Assembly (NCBI GenBank): GCA_963811165.1
Contig: CAWEQH010000008.1
Coordinates: 480,001-544,000, forward strand
Direction: 5' to 3'
DNA from: an uncultured Nitrospiraceae bacterium
GTDB taxonomy: Bacteria; Nitrospirota; Thermodesulfovibrionia; Thermodesulfovibrionales; UBA6898
DNA length: 64,000 nt
Shown in pieces: positions 1-10,463 of the stretch; position 1 is the first letter of the stretch, and the number at the start of each line of letters is the position of its first letter. Made by a program: the position numbers and the translations under genes. A model generated the notes under the pieces. The model searched no databases. It was not told the DNA's origin and worked only from the letters and a program-made list of their open reading frames with translations.

Positions 1-302
1 TCCTTCTGTCTTGTCAGGACGGTGTTCATCCTTTCAATCTCGGCACTGACGGTCGAAATTTCCGCCTCGGTGCGCCTCAGGTTTTTTCGGAACGTGTTTA
101 AATCGGTCTCGATCTTCCCGAGCCTCATATTGACGCCTTCAATTTCGGTCAGAATGGACGATTCCCGCTGCTGCGCCTCATGGAGCTTTTTTTTCTGTTC
201 CGACATCTTCTCCTGGATATTCTTGTATTCTTCTTCATGAGTTGTGCCGGAACTGACCGAGGAAAAGAACAAAATGAAGAGGAGGGGAAAGACCACAAAC
301 AT
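1..302 (-). CDS. envC: EnvC-like murein hydrolase activator, N-terminal part (runs off window start)
   Basis: Manually translated from ATG at 302, which overlaps the ftsX stop: MFVVFPLLFILFFSSVSSGTTHEEEYKNIQEKMSEQKKKLHEAQQRESSILTEIE..., a signal peptide plus coiled coil; lies directly downstream of ftsEX. Confidence 0.65.
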   Translation of the reverse strand, partial: MFVVFPLLFILFFSSVSSGTTHEEEYKNIQEKMSEQKKKLHEAQQRESSILTEIEGVNMRLGKIETDLNTFRKNLRRTEAEISTVSAEIERMNTVLTRQK

Positions 303-1180
303 CAGTATTTAAGCCTTCCCAAGGCGATTGTAGCGCCCGCTGTGCCGAGGAACATCCCGATAAAAGGGAGCGGCAGGAAAAGGTCCGAAGGGAAGAGTAT
401 CATCTTGAAAATCGGTATCGCTGCGCTGAGCCTCATGAGGACCATGTAATGAAAAGCAAAGATTCCGATGAGGCTCAGGATTCCCCCTGCCGTGCCTATC
501 ACGGCGCCTTCGATAAGGAAAGGCGTTCTGATGAATCCTCTCGTGGCCCCCAGCAGTTTGAAGGTCTCTATTTCTTCCTTGCGTCTGTAAAAGAGAATCT
601 TGACCGTGCTGTAGCAGACAAAGACAACGCCCGTAGATAAAATAACGATGAGTATGATCCCGATCGTTTTTAATCCGACCTTCAGGTAGTTGAGGGTTGA
701 GAGAAATTTATCGGCATAGTCCACCTCATTTACCCCTTTTATCTTCATCGCCTCATCGGCGAGTTTTTTCACCGTCTCCTGCCCTACCGTATCCTTTTTC
801 AGCTTCACTTCGAGGGCATCGGGCAGGGGATTTTCGTCGAGCCCGTCAAACACATAACTGGAATTCTTCAATACCGCTTTCATTTCCCTCATGGCCTCTT
901 CTTTTGGGATATACCTGACCGAAAGGACTGCGCTTTGTTTCCTTAGGGAGTTGACCGCGGCATCGACTTTGTCCTTCTGGATGTTTTTGTCCAGGTACAG
1001 GATCATCGAAAATTTTTCGGGCAGGCTCTTGGTAGCGGCATCGACGTTGTATACGGAAAATAGCGCGAGGCTGATTATGATAAGGCCGGAGGCGATGCTA
1101 AGGACCGAGAGGATATTGATCCATTTTTCCCTGATCATGCTCTGAAGCGCAAGGGTGAAGGCGTAGGGCGAAGGGATCAT
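302..1180 (-). CDS. ftsX: Cell division permease FtsX
   Basis: 292 aa; N-terminal TM, periplasmic loop with ENPLPDA, RRKEEIETFKLLGAT..FIRTPFLIEG motif; follows ftsE. Confidence 0.93.
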   Translation of the reverse strand: MIPSPYAFTLALQSMIREKWINILSVLSIASGLIIISLALFSVYNVDAATKSLPEKFSMILYLDKNIQKDKVDAAVNSLRKQSAVLSVRYIPKEEAMREMKAVLKNSSYVFDGLDENPLPDALEVKLKKDTVGQETVKKLADEAMKIKGVNEVDYADKFLSTLNYLKVGLKTIGIILIVILSTGVVFVCYSTVKILFYRRKEEIETFKLLGATRGFIRTPFLIEGAVIGTAGGILSLIGIFAFHYMVLMRLSAAIPIFKMILFPSDLFLPLPFIGMFLGTAGATIALGRLKY

Positions 1181-1839
1181 CCTATCTCCTCCCCCGTAAG
1201 TGTGCCCGTATCAAGCCTCAAGACCCTCTTGCCGCTGTTTCGGTAAAGCTCACGGTTATGGGTGGCTATCAAGATGGTAGTCCCTTTGGCGTGGATATCC
1301 TTGAAGGTCTTCATCACGCCCTCGGCGGTAACGGAATCGAGGTTCCCCGTAGGTTCGTCGGCCAGGACAACGGTAGGCTCGGCCACGATCGCCCTGGAAA
1401 TGACGACCCTCTGTTGTTCGCCGCCCGACAGGCGTCTTGGGTAGGCATCGGCCTTGTGTCTGAGACCGACCGTCTTTAGGGTCTCATAGACCCTGGCCTT
1501 TATCTCTTTTTCATTGATCCCCCTTATCCGAAGGGCGATGGCTACATTCTCGAATACGTTTCTGTTTTGAAGAAGTCTGAAATCCTGAAATACAACGCCT
1601 ATGTTTCGCCTCAGGAAAGGGATACTCGATTCTTTCAACTCTCCAGTGTCCCACCCGTCGACGGATATTGTCCCTTTGTCGGGTTTTTCGGCATAGTATA
1701 TCAGTTTCAGCAGTGTCGTTTTGCCCGAGCCGCTCGGCCCGGTAATGAAGACCATCTCCCCTTTCTCTACCGAAAAGGTCAGGTCCTTCAGGGCGGTGAG
1801 ATTATCGTAGTCCTTTGTTACGTCGGCAAAATGGATCAT
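1177..1839 (-). CDS. ftsE: Cell division ATP-binding protein FtsE
   Basis: Walker A GPSGSGKT, IPFLRRNIGVVFQDFRLL, LSGGEQQRV, LADEPTGNLD. Confidence 0.95.
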   Translation of the reverse strand: MIHFADVTKDYDNLTALKDLTFSVEKGEMVFITGPSGSGKTTLLKLIYYAEKPDKGTISVDGWDTGELKESSIPFLRRNIGVVFQDFRLLQNRNVFENVAIALRIRGINEKEIKARVYETLKTVGLRHKADAYPRRLSGGEQQRVVISRAIVAEPTVVLADEPTGNLDSVTAEGVMKTFKDIHAKGTTILIATHNRELYRNSGKRVLRLDTGTLTGEEIG

Positions 1840-1849
1840 CGATACCTTC

Positions 1850-2248
1850 TTATTCCCCTCCCTTGATTATGTAATCGAGAAGCACGTCGTCAAGGCTCCT
1901 GGAGATCTGCTGTCCCTGCGGTCCCTGTTTTTCCTGCGCCTCTTCCTTCGTCTCATCTTTCCCGGAGGGGGGCTTTTCCTCGGGATTTTGGTCGAGGTCG
2001 CCGGTATGAACGCCCCGGATCAGTTCCTTCATCATGCTCTTATGCTGCTCCTTCATGAGCTCCCTGACCTTTTCTTTGTAATCAGGGCTTGAAACGATCT
2101 CTGCATAACTGAATTTTTTCGAAGCGAGGATCGTCCCTTTGTGATAAAGAAGGGTGACTACGATAGGGTTTTTGAGACCGTTATCCTCTGTCTGGATATG
2201 GTAAAGCTTGCCCCTATAAGGAACATTCGTATTATAACCGACTAACAT
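1850..2248 (-). CDS. Conserved hypothetical protein upstream of ftsE
   Basis: 132 aa ORF (GYNTNV..YHIQTED..), ends 10 nt before the ftsE start, same strand. Confidence 0.75.
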   Translation of the reverse strand: MLVGYNTNVPYRGKLYHIQTEDNGLKNPIVVTLLYHKGTILASKKFSYAEIVSSPDYKEKVRELMKEQHKSMMKELIRGVHTGDLDQNPEEKPPSGKDETKEEAQEKQGPQGQQISRSLDDVLLDYIIKGGE

Positions 2249-2408
2249 ATATTTCGTTGTTGCGCCCTGATGATCAATATTATAATGACTGGAGGGAGCA
2301 AAAGTGAAGTGGCTTCACATCCCGGTCTGGAAAAAATATACGGCCGTACCCTCATCCCGGTGCTGGTCGTTTGCGGGCCGGGCGTTTCTTTTGAAAGGTC
2401 CGAAGTAG

Positions 2409-3452
2409 CTATTTTTCAGCAATAATTCTGACTTCATCCTTGGGGCCTTCAAGGGTATATCCTATGTCTGCGGCCAATATGCCTTCCGCCTGCATGGCGT
2501 CGATAAGTCTTTCCTTCTTTCCTGCGGGCACGAAGATGAGCAGTCCTCCTGATGTTTGGGCATCGTGCAGGAGGACCTTTTGGGCATCGGCTACTTCTTT
2601 TTCGAACCTGACGCTGGAGCTGAAGCTCCTGATATTGGCCATCGTCCCCCCAGGCACTTTGCCGAGACCTATAAGTCTGATCGCGTCTTCAAAGAAGGGG
2701 ACCCTTCCCGAAAAGATCCTCGCCCCCAATCTGCTTGCGGTAAGCACCTCGATGAGGTGGCCTATGAGTCCGAACCCGGTCACGTCCGTCGCGGTGCTCA
2801 CGCCTACCTCCATCATGATCTCGCTCGCCCTCTTGTTCAGTCCGGCCATGGATTTGGTGAAATCCTCGATGACCGCGTCGGGGCAGATGCCTGCTTTCAC
2901 GCCGGTTGAGATGACGCCCGTGCCGATTTTTTTTGTGAGGATTATCGCGTCTCCCCCCCTGGCCTTGGAATTATCGAGGACCTTGTCGGGGTGTATGATG
3001 CCCAGGACGGCAAAGCCGTATTTCGGCTCTTTATCTTTTATCGTGTGTCCGCCGATAACGGAAACACCCGCCTCGGCCATCTTGTCTATTCCTCCCTGCA
3101 TGATCTTCTTCAGGGTTGGAAAAAAATCCGGATGGTCGGGAAACATGGCGATATTCAGTGCGGTCAGCGGCTTGCCCCCCATGGCGTAGACGTCCGAGAG
3201 GGAATTGGCGGCAGCGATCGCGCCGAACGAGTAGGGGTCATCCACGATGGGGGTGAAGAAGTCGGTCGTCAGGACGGCCGCGATGTCGCCGGTAATACGG
3301 TAGACGCCGGCATCGTCGGCATTGGAGGTGCCCACGAGCACGTTCGGATCTGTTATGGCTGTCAGCTGCCCCAGAACCTGGGACAGGTCCGAAGGACTGA
3401 ATTTAGACGCTCAGCCTGCGCAGTTTGAAAGTTCCGTAAGTCTGATCTTCAT
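2409..3452 (-). CDS. selD: Selenide, water dikinase SelD, selenocysteine-containing (UGA at codon 14)
   Basis: The ORF track gives only 2409..3341. The frame extends upstream through TGA (3411-3413) to ATG 3452 with SD GGAGG: MKIRLTELSNCAG-U-ASKFSP...; downstream DDAGVY, TTDFFTPIVDDP, DAQTSGGLL motifs. Confidence 0.93.
3366..3386 (-). promoter_or_regulatory. Candidate bacterial SECIS hairpin of selD
   Basis: mRNA CUGUCCCAG-GUU-CUGGGGCAG: 9-bp stem, G-initiated apical loop about 34 nt 3' of the UGA. Confidence 0.6.
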
Positions 3453-3468
3453 ATATCCTCCTTCCCGT

Positions 3469-3492
3469 CTTATGCGCCCCCTTATGCGCCCC
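3469..3492. repeat. 12-bp perfect tandem repeat in the selD 5' region
   Basis: CTTATGCGCCCC x2. Confidence 0.85.
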
Positions 3493-3641
3493 TTCTTTTT
3501 TGAAGAGTTGAGTCGTTAAGAATGTCATGAGACATTTGGTCGTTATGCCAACCGGATATTTTGTCATAGGGTAATAGTCATATTCGTCTTTATAGTCGGG
3601 AAAGGGGGGCTGAAACAGGGGAGTGGGCTGATGACCGGGGT

Positions 3642-3974
3642 TTACTCGCCGGAGACTATATCGATGAGTTTCGACCTTTCCTTCATCTGTTCGGTGAGCA
3701 CTTCACGCATTAACACGCATGCCTGGACGACCTTGGGGTTTGCGATCCTGTAGTGGATGTTTACGCCGTCCCTTCGCGATTTAAGTATGCCCTTATGCCT
3801 CATTACCGCAAGATGCTGCGACACGTTTGCCTTGGGAACGCCCAGGATCTCGACCAGTTCACCTACTGTTTTTTCACCGTCTTTAAGGGCATTAATGATT
3901 TCAAGCCGTTTCGGGCTTGCGAGGGTCTTGCACACTTCGGACTGGAGCTCAAATAACGTCTTGTTTGTTTTCAC
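3642..3974 (-). CDS. ArsR/SmtB family transcriptional regulator
   Basis: 110 aa; CKTLASPKRLEIINAL..TVGELVEILGVPKANVSQHLAVMR winged HTH. Confidence 0.92.
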   Translation of the reverse strand: MKTNKTLFELQSEVCKTLASPKRLEIINALKDGEKTVGELVEILGVPKANVSQHLAVMRHKGILKSRRDGVNIHYRIANPKVVQACVLMREVLTEQMKERSKLIDIVSGE

Positions 3975-3980
3975 GTACCT

Positions 3981-4010
3981 ATTCTATTTTTTCGGGAGAT
4001 AAAACGTCAA
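3981..4010 (-). promoter_or_regulatory. sigma70-type promoter of arsR (leaderless)
   Basis: TTGACG-18nt-TAGAAT-6nt-GTG start. Confidence 0.6.
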
Positions 4011-4100
4011 GGGAAAAAAATTCCTCCCGGGACCCTTTAACTCCGGTGGAGGCCCAAATCTCCAACTAGTTGAGTTGCGTGCAATTTTTGTGATACACTT

Positions 4101-4128
4101 TTGTATCTTCTATAATCTTGCGTATAAT
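4101..4128 (+). promoter_or_regulatory. sigma70-type promoter of the ROK/lepA operon (leaderless)
   Basis: TTGTAT-16nt-TATAAT-5nt-ATG(4134). Confidence 0.5.
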
Positions 4129-4133
4129 CCTCG

Positions 4134-5082
4134 ATGAATATGTCAAAAAAATGTGCGATAGGTATTGACCTTGGGGGCAGCAACCTCAGAGTGGCGCTCG
4201 TCTCCGAAGACGGAGAAATTATCAGAAAGATAAAGAGACCGTCTAGCGAGCAGATTGTCGCCTTGATGCTGGAAACGATAGGTGAAATCGGCTCTGACGC
4301 TGTCGAGGGGATCGGACTCGGGACCGCGGGGCTCATCGACAGAAAGCATAACAGGGTCTTTGCTTCTCCGAACCTGCGCGCGATTGAGGGCATCGATATT
4401 GTAGCGGAGATCCGGAGGAGGTTTGATGTGCCTGTCTTCATCGAAAACGATGCAAATGCAGCCGCACTCGGGGAAAAAATAGGCGGTGCAGGGAGAGGTT
4501 TCGATAATTTTGTCCTGCTCACCCTGGGTAGGGGAATCGGCGGAGGCATGATCTATAAAGGAAAGCTGGTCGAAGTTATCAGCCGAGATAGGGCATATGA
4601 GCATCAATGCGGACGCTGAAAAATGTCCTTGCGGAAACATCGGGTGTCTCGAAAACTACGCATCAGCCAGGGCGATGGTCTCGAAGGCCGTGGCGATGCT
4701 TGAAAAGGGCACGGAGAGTCTCCTCAAGGAATGCTGTAAAGGCAGTATCTATAAAATTACGCCGGAGGATATTTACCGGAATGCCCTTGAGGGCGATACC
4801 CTGTCGCGGGAGGTCTTGAGGGACGCCGGGAGATATCTCGGCGTGGGACTGGCAAACATTATCAATATCATGAGCCCCGAGGCCATAATCCTTGCGGGCG
4901 GCCTTATAGGGACCTGGAACATCTACATACAAGAGGCGATAAAAGAGGCCTCCAGAAGGGCCTATAAGGACCTGTTCGATTCGGTCAAGATTATCCCGTC
5001 TTCTCTTGGGGACGACGCAGGGATAATCGGGGCCGCATGCATCGTCTTTAATGAACTCTCCAGGGATTTTTCCTTTTCCTGA
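4134..5082 (+). CDS. glk: ROK family glucokinase (one +1 frameshift near 4577)
   Basis: Two ORFs join: IGIDLGGS, ENDANAAALGE, LTLGRGIGGG, then EIGHM..CPCGNIGCLE, LGDDAGIIGAA. Confidence 0.85.
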
Positions 5083-5085
5083 TAC

Positions 5086-6873
5086 ATGTCGAAACACATA
5101 CGCAACTTCTCGATCATAGCCCATATAGACCACGGGAAGTCTACGCTTGCCGATAGACTGCTCGAATATACCGGTGCGCTCAGCGCACGTGAGATGACGG
5201 CCCAGGTCCTGGATTCGATGGACCTCGAGAGGGAAAGGGGCATTACCATCAAGGCCCACGCGGTGAGACTCCTCTATAAGGCCGAAGACGGCAAGGAATA
5301 TATCCTCAACCTCATAGATACTCCCGGCCATGTCGATTTTTCGTATGAGGTCTCAAGGAGTCTCGCCTCATGCGAAGGGGCGCTCCTCGTGGTCGATGCA
5401 ACCCAGGGGGTCGAGGCCCAGACGCTCGCCAACGCTTACCTCGCGATAGAACATGACCTGGAGATCATCCCGGTGATAAACAAGATAGACCTCCCGAGTG
5501 CGGAACCCGCAAAGACCAAAGAGCAGATCGAGGACGCGGTCGGCATCGACTGCTCCGAGGCTGTATTGGCAAGCGCAAAGGAGGGGATAGGCACCAAAGA
5601 CATCCTTGAAGCGATCGTTAAGAAAGTCCCTCCGCCGGCAGGCTCTGATGATCGTCCCCTGAAGGCGCTGATCTTCGATTCCTGGTTCGACAATTACCAG
5701 GGCGTCGTGGTCCTCGTCAGGGTATTTGACGGAAGGATCAGGGAGGGAATGAAGATCAGGATGATGGTGATGGGATACACGTTTGAGGTATTTCAGGTCG
5801 GGGTTTTTACCCCCAAGATGGAGCCGGTTTCCGAGTTGACTTCGGGCGAAGTGGGATATATTATCGCGGGCATAAAAAGCGTGACCGAGACGAAGATCGG
5901 AGACACGATAACGGATGCCCAAAACCCCGTTTCCGAGCCATGTCCGGGGTATAAGGACATAAATCCCCTGGTGTTCTGCGGGTTCTATCCGACCTCGACC
6001 CATCAATACGAAAACCTCAGGGACGCACTGAATAAACTAAGGCTTAACGACGCTTCCTTCAACTACGAACCGGAAACGTCGCTTGCGCTGGGGTTCGGCT
6101 TCAGGTGCGGGTTCCTTGGGCTTCTCCATATGGAGATCATACAGGAGAGGCTTGAGAGAGAATTCGACCTGTCCCTGCTGAGCACCGCCCCCACGGTTGT
6201 GTACAGGGTCACGAAGACCGATGGCAACGTTATCTTTATAGAGAATCCGGCGCTGCTTCCCGAAAAGTTTGAACTGATAGAAGAACCTTTTGTTATCGCC
6301 ACTATATTTGTACCCAAGGACTTTATTGGTCCCATCCTGGACCTCTGCCAGGAGAAAAGGGGCGTCCAGAAGAGCTTCGGCTATATCGGCAAGGACCGGA
6401 TAAGGGTGGAATACGAACTGCCGCTGAACGAAATCCTCTGGGACTTTTATGACAGGCTGAAGTCTTTCTCCAAGGGATATGCCTCGATGGATTATGAATT
6501 TCTCGGATACCGTAAATCTGATCTCGTGAAACTGAACATTCTCCTCAACGGGGAACCCGTAGATGCCCTTTCCTTGATAGTTCATAAGGACAAGGCGTAT
6601 TATAAGGGGAGGCAGCTCACCGAAAAGCTGAGAGAAATCATACCCAGACAGATGTATGAGGTCGCGATACAGGCCGCAATCGGCGGTAAAATTATCGCCA
6701 GAGAGAGTGTAAGGGCCCTCAGAAAGGATGTTATCGCCAAGTGCTATGGCGGTGATATCACACGGAAGAGGAAACTGCTCGAAAAACAGAAGGAGGGCAA
6801 GAAAAGGATGAAGCAGGTGGGACGCGTCGAACTCCCGCAAGAGGCCTTCCTCGCTGTCCTGAAACTGAAATGA
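5086..6873 (+). CDS. lepA: Translation elongation factor 4 LepA
   Basis: [59 protein letters not shown]. Confidence 0.98.
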   Translation: MSKHIRNFSIIAHIDHGKSTLADRLLEYTGALSAREMTAQVLDSMDLERERGITIKAHAVRLLYKAEDGKEYILNLIDTPGHVDFSYEVSRSLASCEGALLVVDATQGVEAQTLANAYLAIEHDLEIIPVINKIDLPSAEPAKTKEQIEDAVGIDCSEAVLASAKEGIGTKDILEAIVKKVPPPAGSDDRPLKALIFDSWFDNYQGVVVLVRVFDGRIREGMKIRMMVMGYTFEVFQVGVFTPKMEPVSELTSGEVGYIIAGIKSVTETKIGDTITDAQNPVSEPCPGYKDINPLVFCGFYPTSTHQYENLRDALNKLRLNDASFNYEPETSLALGFGFRCGFLGLLHMEIIQERLEREFDLSLLSTAPTVVYRVTKTDGNVIFIENPALLPEKFELIEEPFVIATIFVPKDFIGPILDLCQEKRGVQKSFGYIGKDRIRVEYELPLNEILWDFYDRLKSFSKGYASMDYEFLGYRKSDLVKLNILLNGEPVDALSLIVHKDKAYYKGRQLTEKLREIIPRQMYEVAIQAAIGGKIIARESVRALRKDVIAKCYGGDITRKRKLLEKQKEGKKRMKQVGRVELPQEAFLAVLKLK

Positions 6874-7502
6874 AACCAAGAAAGAAGAAATCAAACATAA
6901 GAGAGACCATAGAGGCGGTAGTTGTCGCTTTTTTGATCGCGATTGTCATAAGGACGTTTGTCATACAGGCATTCAAAATCCCTTCCGGGTCCATGATCCC
7001 CACCCTCTTGGTGGGAGACCATATCCTGGTGAACAAGTTCCTGCTCGGGACACCGGTCGATATCCCTTTTACAAATGTTACGCTTTTCAGGATGCCCGGA
7101 CTGAGGAAGGTCCAGAGGGGCGACGTCATAGTCTTTAAATATCCCGAGGACCCCAAGAGAGATTTCATAAAAAGGGTCATCGGGGTGGGCGGCGACGTCG
7201 TAACGGAAAAAGACAAGGTCGTCTATGTGAACGGCAGCAGGCTCGTCGAGCCCTATACGCAGCATGTCGACGATGAGATCAAGCCAGGCCAGTTCGACAA
7301 AAGAGACAACTTCGGGCCTGTTGCGGTGCCCGAGGGGGACGTGTTTGTTATGGGAGACAACAGGGACCAAAGCTACGACAGCAGATTTTGGGGATTTGTT
7401 GACGATTCGCAGATAAAAGGAAAGGCCATCATTATTTACTGGTCCTGGGACAGCGACAAGACCTGGGTCCGTCTCGGAAGAATCGGGAGACTCATAAAAT
7501 GA
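6870..7502 (+). CDS. lepB: Signal peptidase I
   Basis: [12 protein letters not shown] (Ser), DFIKRVIG (Lys), [15 protein letters not shown]. Confidence 0.96.
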   Translation: MKPRKKKSNIRETIEAVVVAFLIAIVIRTFVIQAFKIPSGSMIPTLLVGDHILVNKFLLGTPVDIPFTNVTLFRMPGLRKVQRGDVIVFKYPEDPKRDFIKRVIGVGGDVVTEKDKVVYVNGSRLVEPYTQHVDDEIKPGQFDKRDNFGPVAVPEGDVFVMGDNRDQSYDSRFWGFVDDSQIKGKAIIIYWSWDSDKTWVRLGRIGRLIK

Positions 7503-7846
7503 AAGGGAGAATGGGCCGAGAGGGCTCTATAACGACGTGGTTGCTGCTGCTGGTTTTCATCGCAGTGGTTTTTGTGGGCATATCATTCGGCAAGCCGTAT
7601 TTTCGCTATAACACTCTGAGGTCCCATACAAAAGACATACTTTCGTCGGAGATATCCTCGTTGCCTGCGATCAGGGAGCAGGTTCTTCAAGAGGCAAAGG
7701 AATTAAACGTTCCGCTTCAGGATGAAAACCTTGAAGTGACTCAGGTCAATAAGATCATCAAGGTCAAGGCGACATGGTCTGAGACAGTGAATTTCTGGGA
7801 CTACTATAAAAAGCAGCTCGATTTTGTCATGGAGGTTGAATACTGA
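7499..7846 (+). CDS. Small single-pass membrane protein (DUF4845-like, after lepB)
   Basis: 115 aa; basic leader, G, hydrophobic helix; ATGA overlap with lepB. Confidence 0.65.
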   Translation: MKGRMGREGSITTWLLLLVFIAVVFVGISFGKPYFRYNTLRSHTKDILSSEISSLPAIREQVLQEAKELNVPLQDENLEVTQVNKIIKVKATWSETVNFWDYYKKQLDFVMEVEY

Positions 7847-8482
7847 TTGTTTACCGGGTTGGTTGTTGAAATGGGTGAGATAGCTTCCCTCACAAAGCGT
7901 GACGGCGGCGCCCGTCTTTTCTTGAGCGCCCAAACCTTATCATCAGAAGCTAAAATCGGCGACAGCATATCGGTAAACGGAACGTGCCTTACGGTGGTGG
8001 AAATGAAGGGCAAAACGCTCGGGTTCGACGTCTCCTCCGAAACGTTGAGATCGACGAACCTCGGTAATCTGAGGACCAAAGACCGGGTGAACCTGGAACC
8101 GTCTTTGCGGCTTGATTCAAGGCTCGGCGGTCATTTTGTGACGGGCCATATCGACGGCGTAGGGACGATAAAGTCAAAGTCCTCCGCAGGAGAAGCGCTT
8201 AAGATCGTGATCGGGGCCGAAGAGGAGATAACCCGGGGTCTCGTTGAGAAAGGTTCCGTTGCGGTCGACGGGATAAGTCTCACGGTTGTGGATGTACTTT
8301 TAAAGGGATTTTCGGTCGTAATTATCCCCCATACCGCCCAATTGACGACGATTGGGTTTAAGGGCCCCGGGGACACGGTAAATATTGAGGTTGATATTTT
8401 GGGCAAGTATGTTTCAAAATTTCTGCGCAAGGGCAAGGATTCCGGATTGATGAAGGCCCTCTCGGAAGAGGGGTTTATGTGA
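7847..8482 (+). CDS. ribE: Riboflavin synthase (alpha subunit)
   Basis: MFTGLV start, GDSISVNGTCLTV, GGHFVTGHIDG, KGSVAVDGISLTV. Confidence 0.96.
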   Translation: MFTGLVVEMGEIASLTKRDGGARLFLSAQTLSSEAKIGDSISVNGTCLTVVEMKGKTLGFDVSSETLRSTNLGNLRTKDRVNLEPSLRLDSRLGGHFVTGHIDGVGTIKSKSSAGEALKIVIGAEEEITRGLVEKGSVAVDGISLTVVDVLLKGFSVVIIPHTAQLTTIGFKGPGDTVNIEVDILGKYVSKFLRKGKDSGLMKALSEEGFM

Positions 8483-8529
8483 GCGGCAGTTGTCCTCTTT
8501 AAGAAAGGGTATCCAAGGAGATTTTTACA

Positions 8530-9742
8530 ATGTATAAGAACAAGTGTAATACGATAGATGAAGCGATCGAAGACATGGCCAAGGGGAAGATGGTCATCCT
8601 GGTCGACGACGAGGACAGGGAAAACGAGGGCGACCTCTGCATGGCCGCCGAGAAGGTCACTCCCGAGGCGATAAACTTTATGGCCAAATACGGGAGGGGC
8701 CTGATATGTCTTTCTCTTATCTCCCGAAAGGATCGATGAGCTGAAGCTGCCGATGATGACGGATGAGAACACTTCCTCCTTCGGTACAGCGTTTACCGTA
8801 TCGATCGAGGCCAAGAAAGGCGTGACTACCGGCATTTCCGCAGCGGACAGGGCTACTACGATACTGGCCGCGATACATCCTGCGTCGACGCCGGATGATC
8901 TTGCGAGGCCGGGGCATATATTCCCGCTTAGGGCCAGGCCGGGCGGCGTATTGCAGAGGGCAGGGCAGACCGAAGGATCGGTCGACCTGGCAAGGCTTGC
9001 GGGGCTGTATCCTGCGGGCGTTATCTGCGAGATCATGAGCGATGACGGAACGATGGCCAGGATGCCCGAACTGCTGGAATTTTCGAAGAAGCATAACATC
9101 AGAATCGTCACCATCAAGGACCTGATCGGATACCGTATCAGGACCGAGCGGTTTGTGCATCGTGTTTCAACGACCAAGCTGCCCACGGAATTCGGAGAAT
9201 TTACGGTCATAGCCTTCTCGAACGAGGTCGACAATAATGTGCATATCGCCCTTGTGAAGGGAGAGATAAAGCCTGAAGAAGACATCTTGGTGAGGGTCCA
9301 TTCCGAATGTCTGACCGGCGATGTCTTTGGATCGAAGAGGTGCGACTGCGGAGAACAGCTCCACAGGGCCATGGAGATAATCAGTGAACAAGGCAACGGC
9401 GTCATCTTATATATGAGACAGGAAGGGCGGGGGATCGGCCTGGTAAACAAGTTGAAGGCCTACGAGCTTCAGGACAAGGGGCTCGACACCGTCGAGGCAA
9501 ACATAAAGCTCGGGTTTAAGCCCGACCTAAGGGATTACGGCATAGGCGCGCAGATATTGGTCGACCTCGGGGTCAGAAAGATGCGCCTGATGACGAACAA
9601 CCCCAAGAAGATCGTGGGGCTTGAGGGCTACGGGCTGAAGATGGTGGAGAGGGTCCCGGTCGAGACGAACCCCCATGAGAGGAACCTCGTATATCTTAAG
9701 ACGAAAAAGAAGAAACTCGGGCATATGCTGAGTAAAGTATGA
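8530..9742 (+). CDS. ribBA: Bifunctional DHBP synthase / GTP cyclohydrolase II (one +1 frameshift near 8720)
   Basis: [11 protein letters not shown] in the first frame; [26 protein letters not shown] in the second. Confidence 0.93.
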
Positions 9743-9761
9743 ACGACTATCGGAGGGACAG

Positions 9762-10223
9762 ATGAAAATTATTCAGGGAGAACTTCAGGCCAAGGGTCTG
9801 AGATTTGCGGTCGTCGTAAGCAGGTTCAATGACTTTATCACGAGCAAGCTACTGGACGGCGCGGTCGATGCCCTGGTAAGACACGGCGCAAAGGAAGAAG
9901 ATATAGAGGTGGTGAAGGTCCCCGGCGCGTTTGAAATACCGCTGACGGCCAAGAAACTTGCCTCAAAGGGGTCATACAATGCGGTAATATGCCTGGGTAC
10001 CGTGATTAGGGGGGCGACCCCCCACTTCGATTATGTCGCGGCAGAGGTTTCAAAGGGCGTTGCGTCTGCCTCGCTCGAAACGGGGATCCCCATAGCCTTC
10101 GGAGTGATCACTTCCGATACCATCGAACAGGCGGTGGAAAGGGCGGGCACAAAGAGCGGGAACAAGGGGTTTGACGCCGCGATAACGGCAATCGAGATGG
10201 CCCAGGTCATGAAAAAATTATGA
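9762..10223 (+). CDS. ribH: 6,7-dimethyl-8-ribityllumazine synthase
   Basis: [41 protein letters not shown]. Confidence 0.97.
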   Translation: MKIIQGELQAKGLRFAVVVSRFNDFITSKLLDGAVDALVRHGAKEEDIEVVKVPGAFEIPLTAKKLASKGSYNAVICLGTVIRGATPHFDYVAAEVSKGVASASLETGIPIAFGVITSDTIEQAVERAGTKSGNKGFDAAITAIEMAQVMKKL

Positions 10224-10245
10224 GAGGTGATATGTCGTTGTTTTC

Positions 10246-10366
10246 ACAGGGTAGGGCGGACATCGGAATAAATATTTATGAACCGCTATATCATCCATAA
10301 ACTTCATCAAAGAATTTTTTTGTCATCATGCACATAAAAATTTTTCATCTGCCCGCCTTACCCTGT
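10246..10366. repeat. Inverted repeat pair (REP/MITE-like) between ribH and nusB
   Basis: ACAGGGTAGGGCGGACA (10246-10262) versus the reverse complement of 10350-10366 (15/17 match); AT-rich spacer. Confidence 0.55.
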
Positions 10367-10424
10367 CCGGGGCTGACTATATATGGCTTATGAACTGTAA
10401 CGGTAAGTTCGGATATTTGCTTTT

Positions 10425-10459
10425 TTCACGATTCACGGTTCACGATTCACGGTTCACGA
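10425..10459. repeat. Heptamer tandem repeat (TTCACGR)5
   Basis: ttcacga ttcacgg ttcacga ttcacgg ttcacga, ending 4 nt before the nusB ATG. Confidence 0.9.
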
Positions 10460-10463
10460 TAGT

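Noticed and set aside
4020..4080. tRNA-Sec or another tRNA near selD
   Set aside because: No cloverleaf or T-loop (GTTC) signature seen; no tRNA or rRNA genes were recognised in the window
8700..8760. Programmed frameshifting in ribBA (also considered for the ROK kinase, radC and rnf genes)
   Set aside because: No shared slippery site or stimulator; single extra bases in many unrelated genes fit sequencing error better
8131..9450. Long antisense ORF (439 aa) and similar shadow ORFs opposite selD, lepA and spt
   Set aside because: They lie opposite well-conserved genes and show no recognisable motifs
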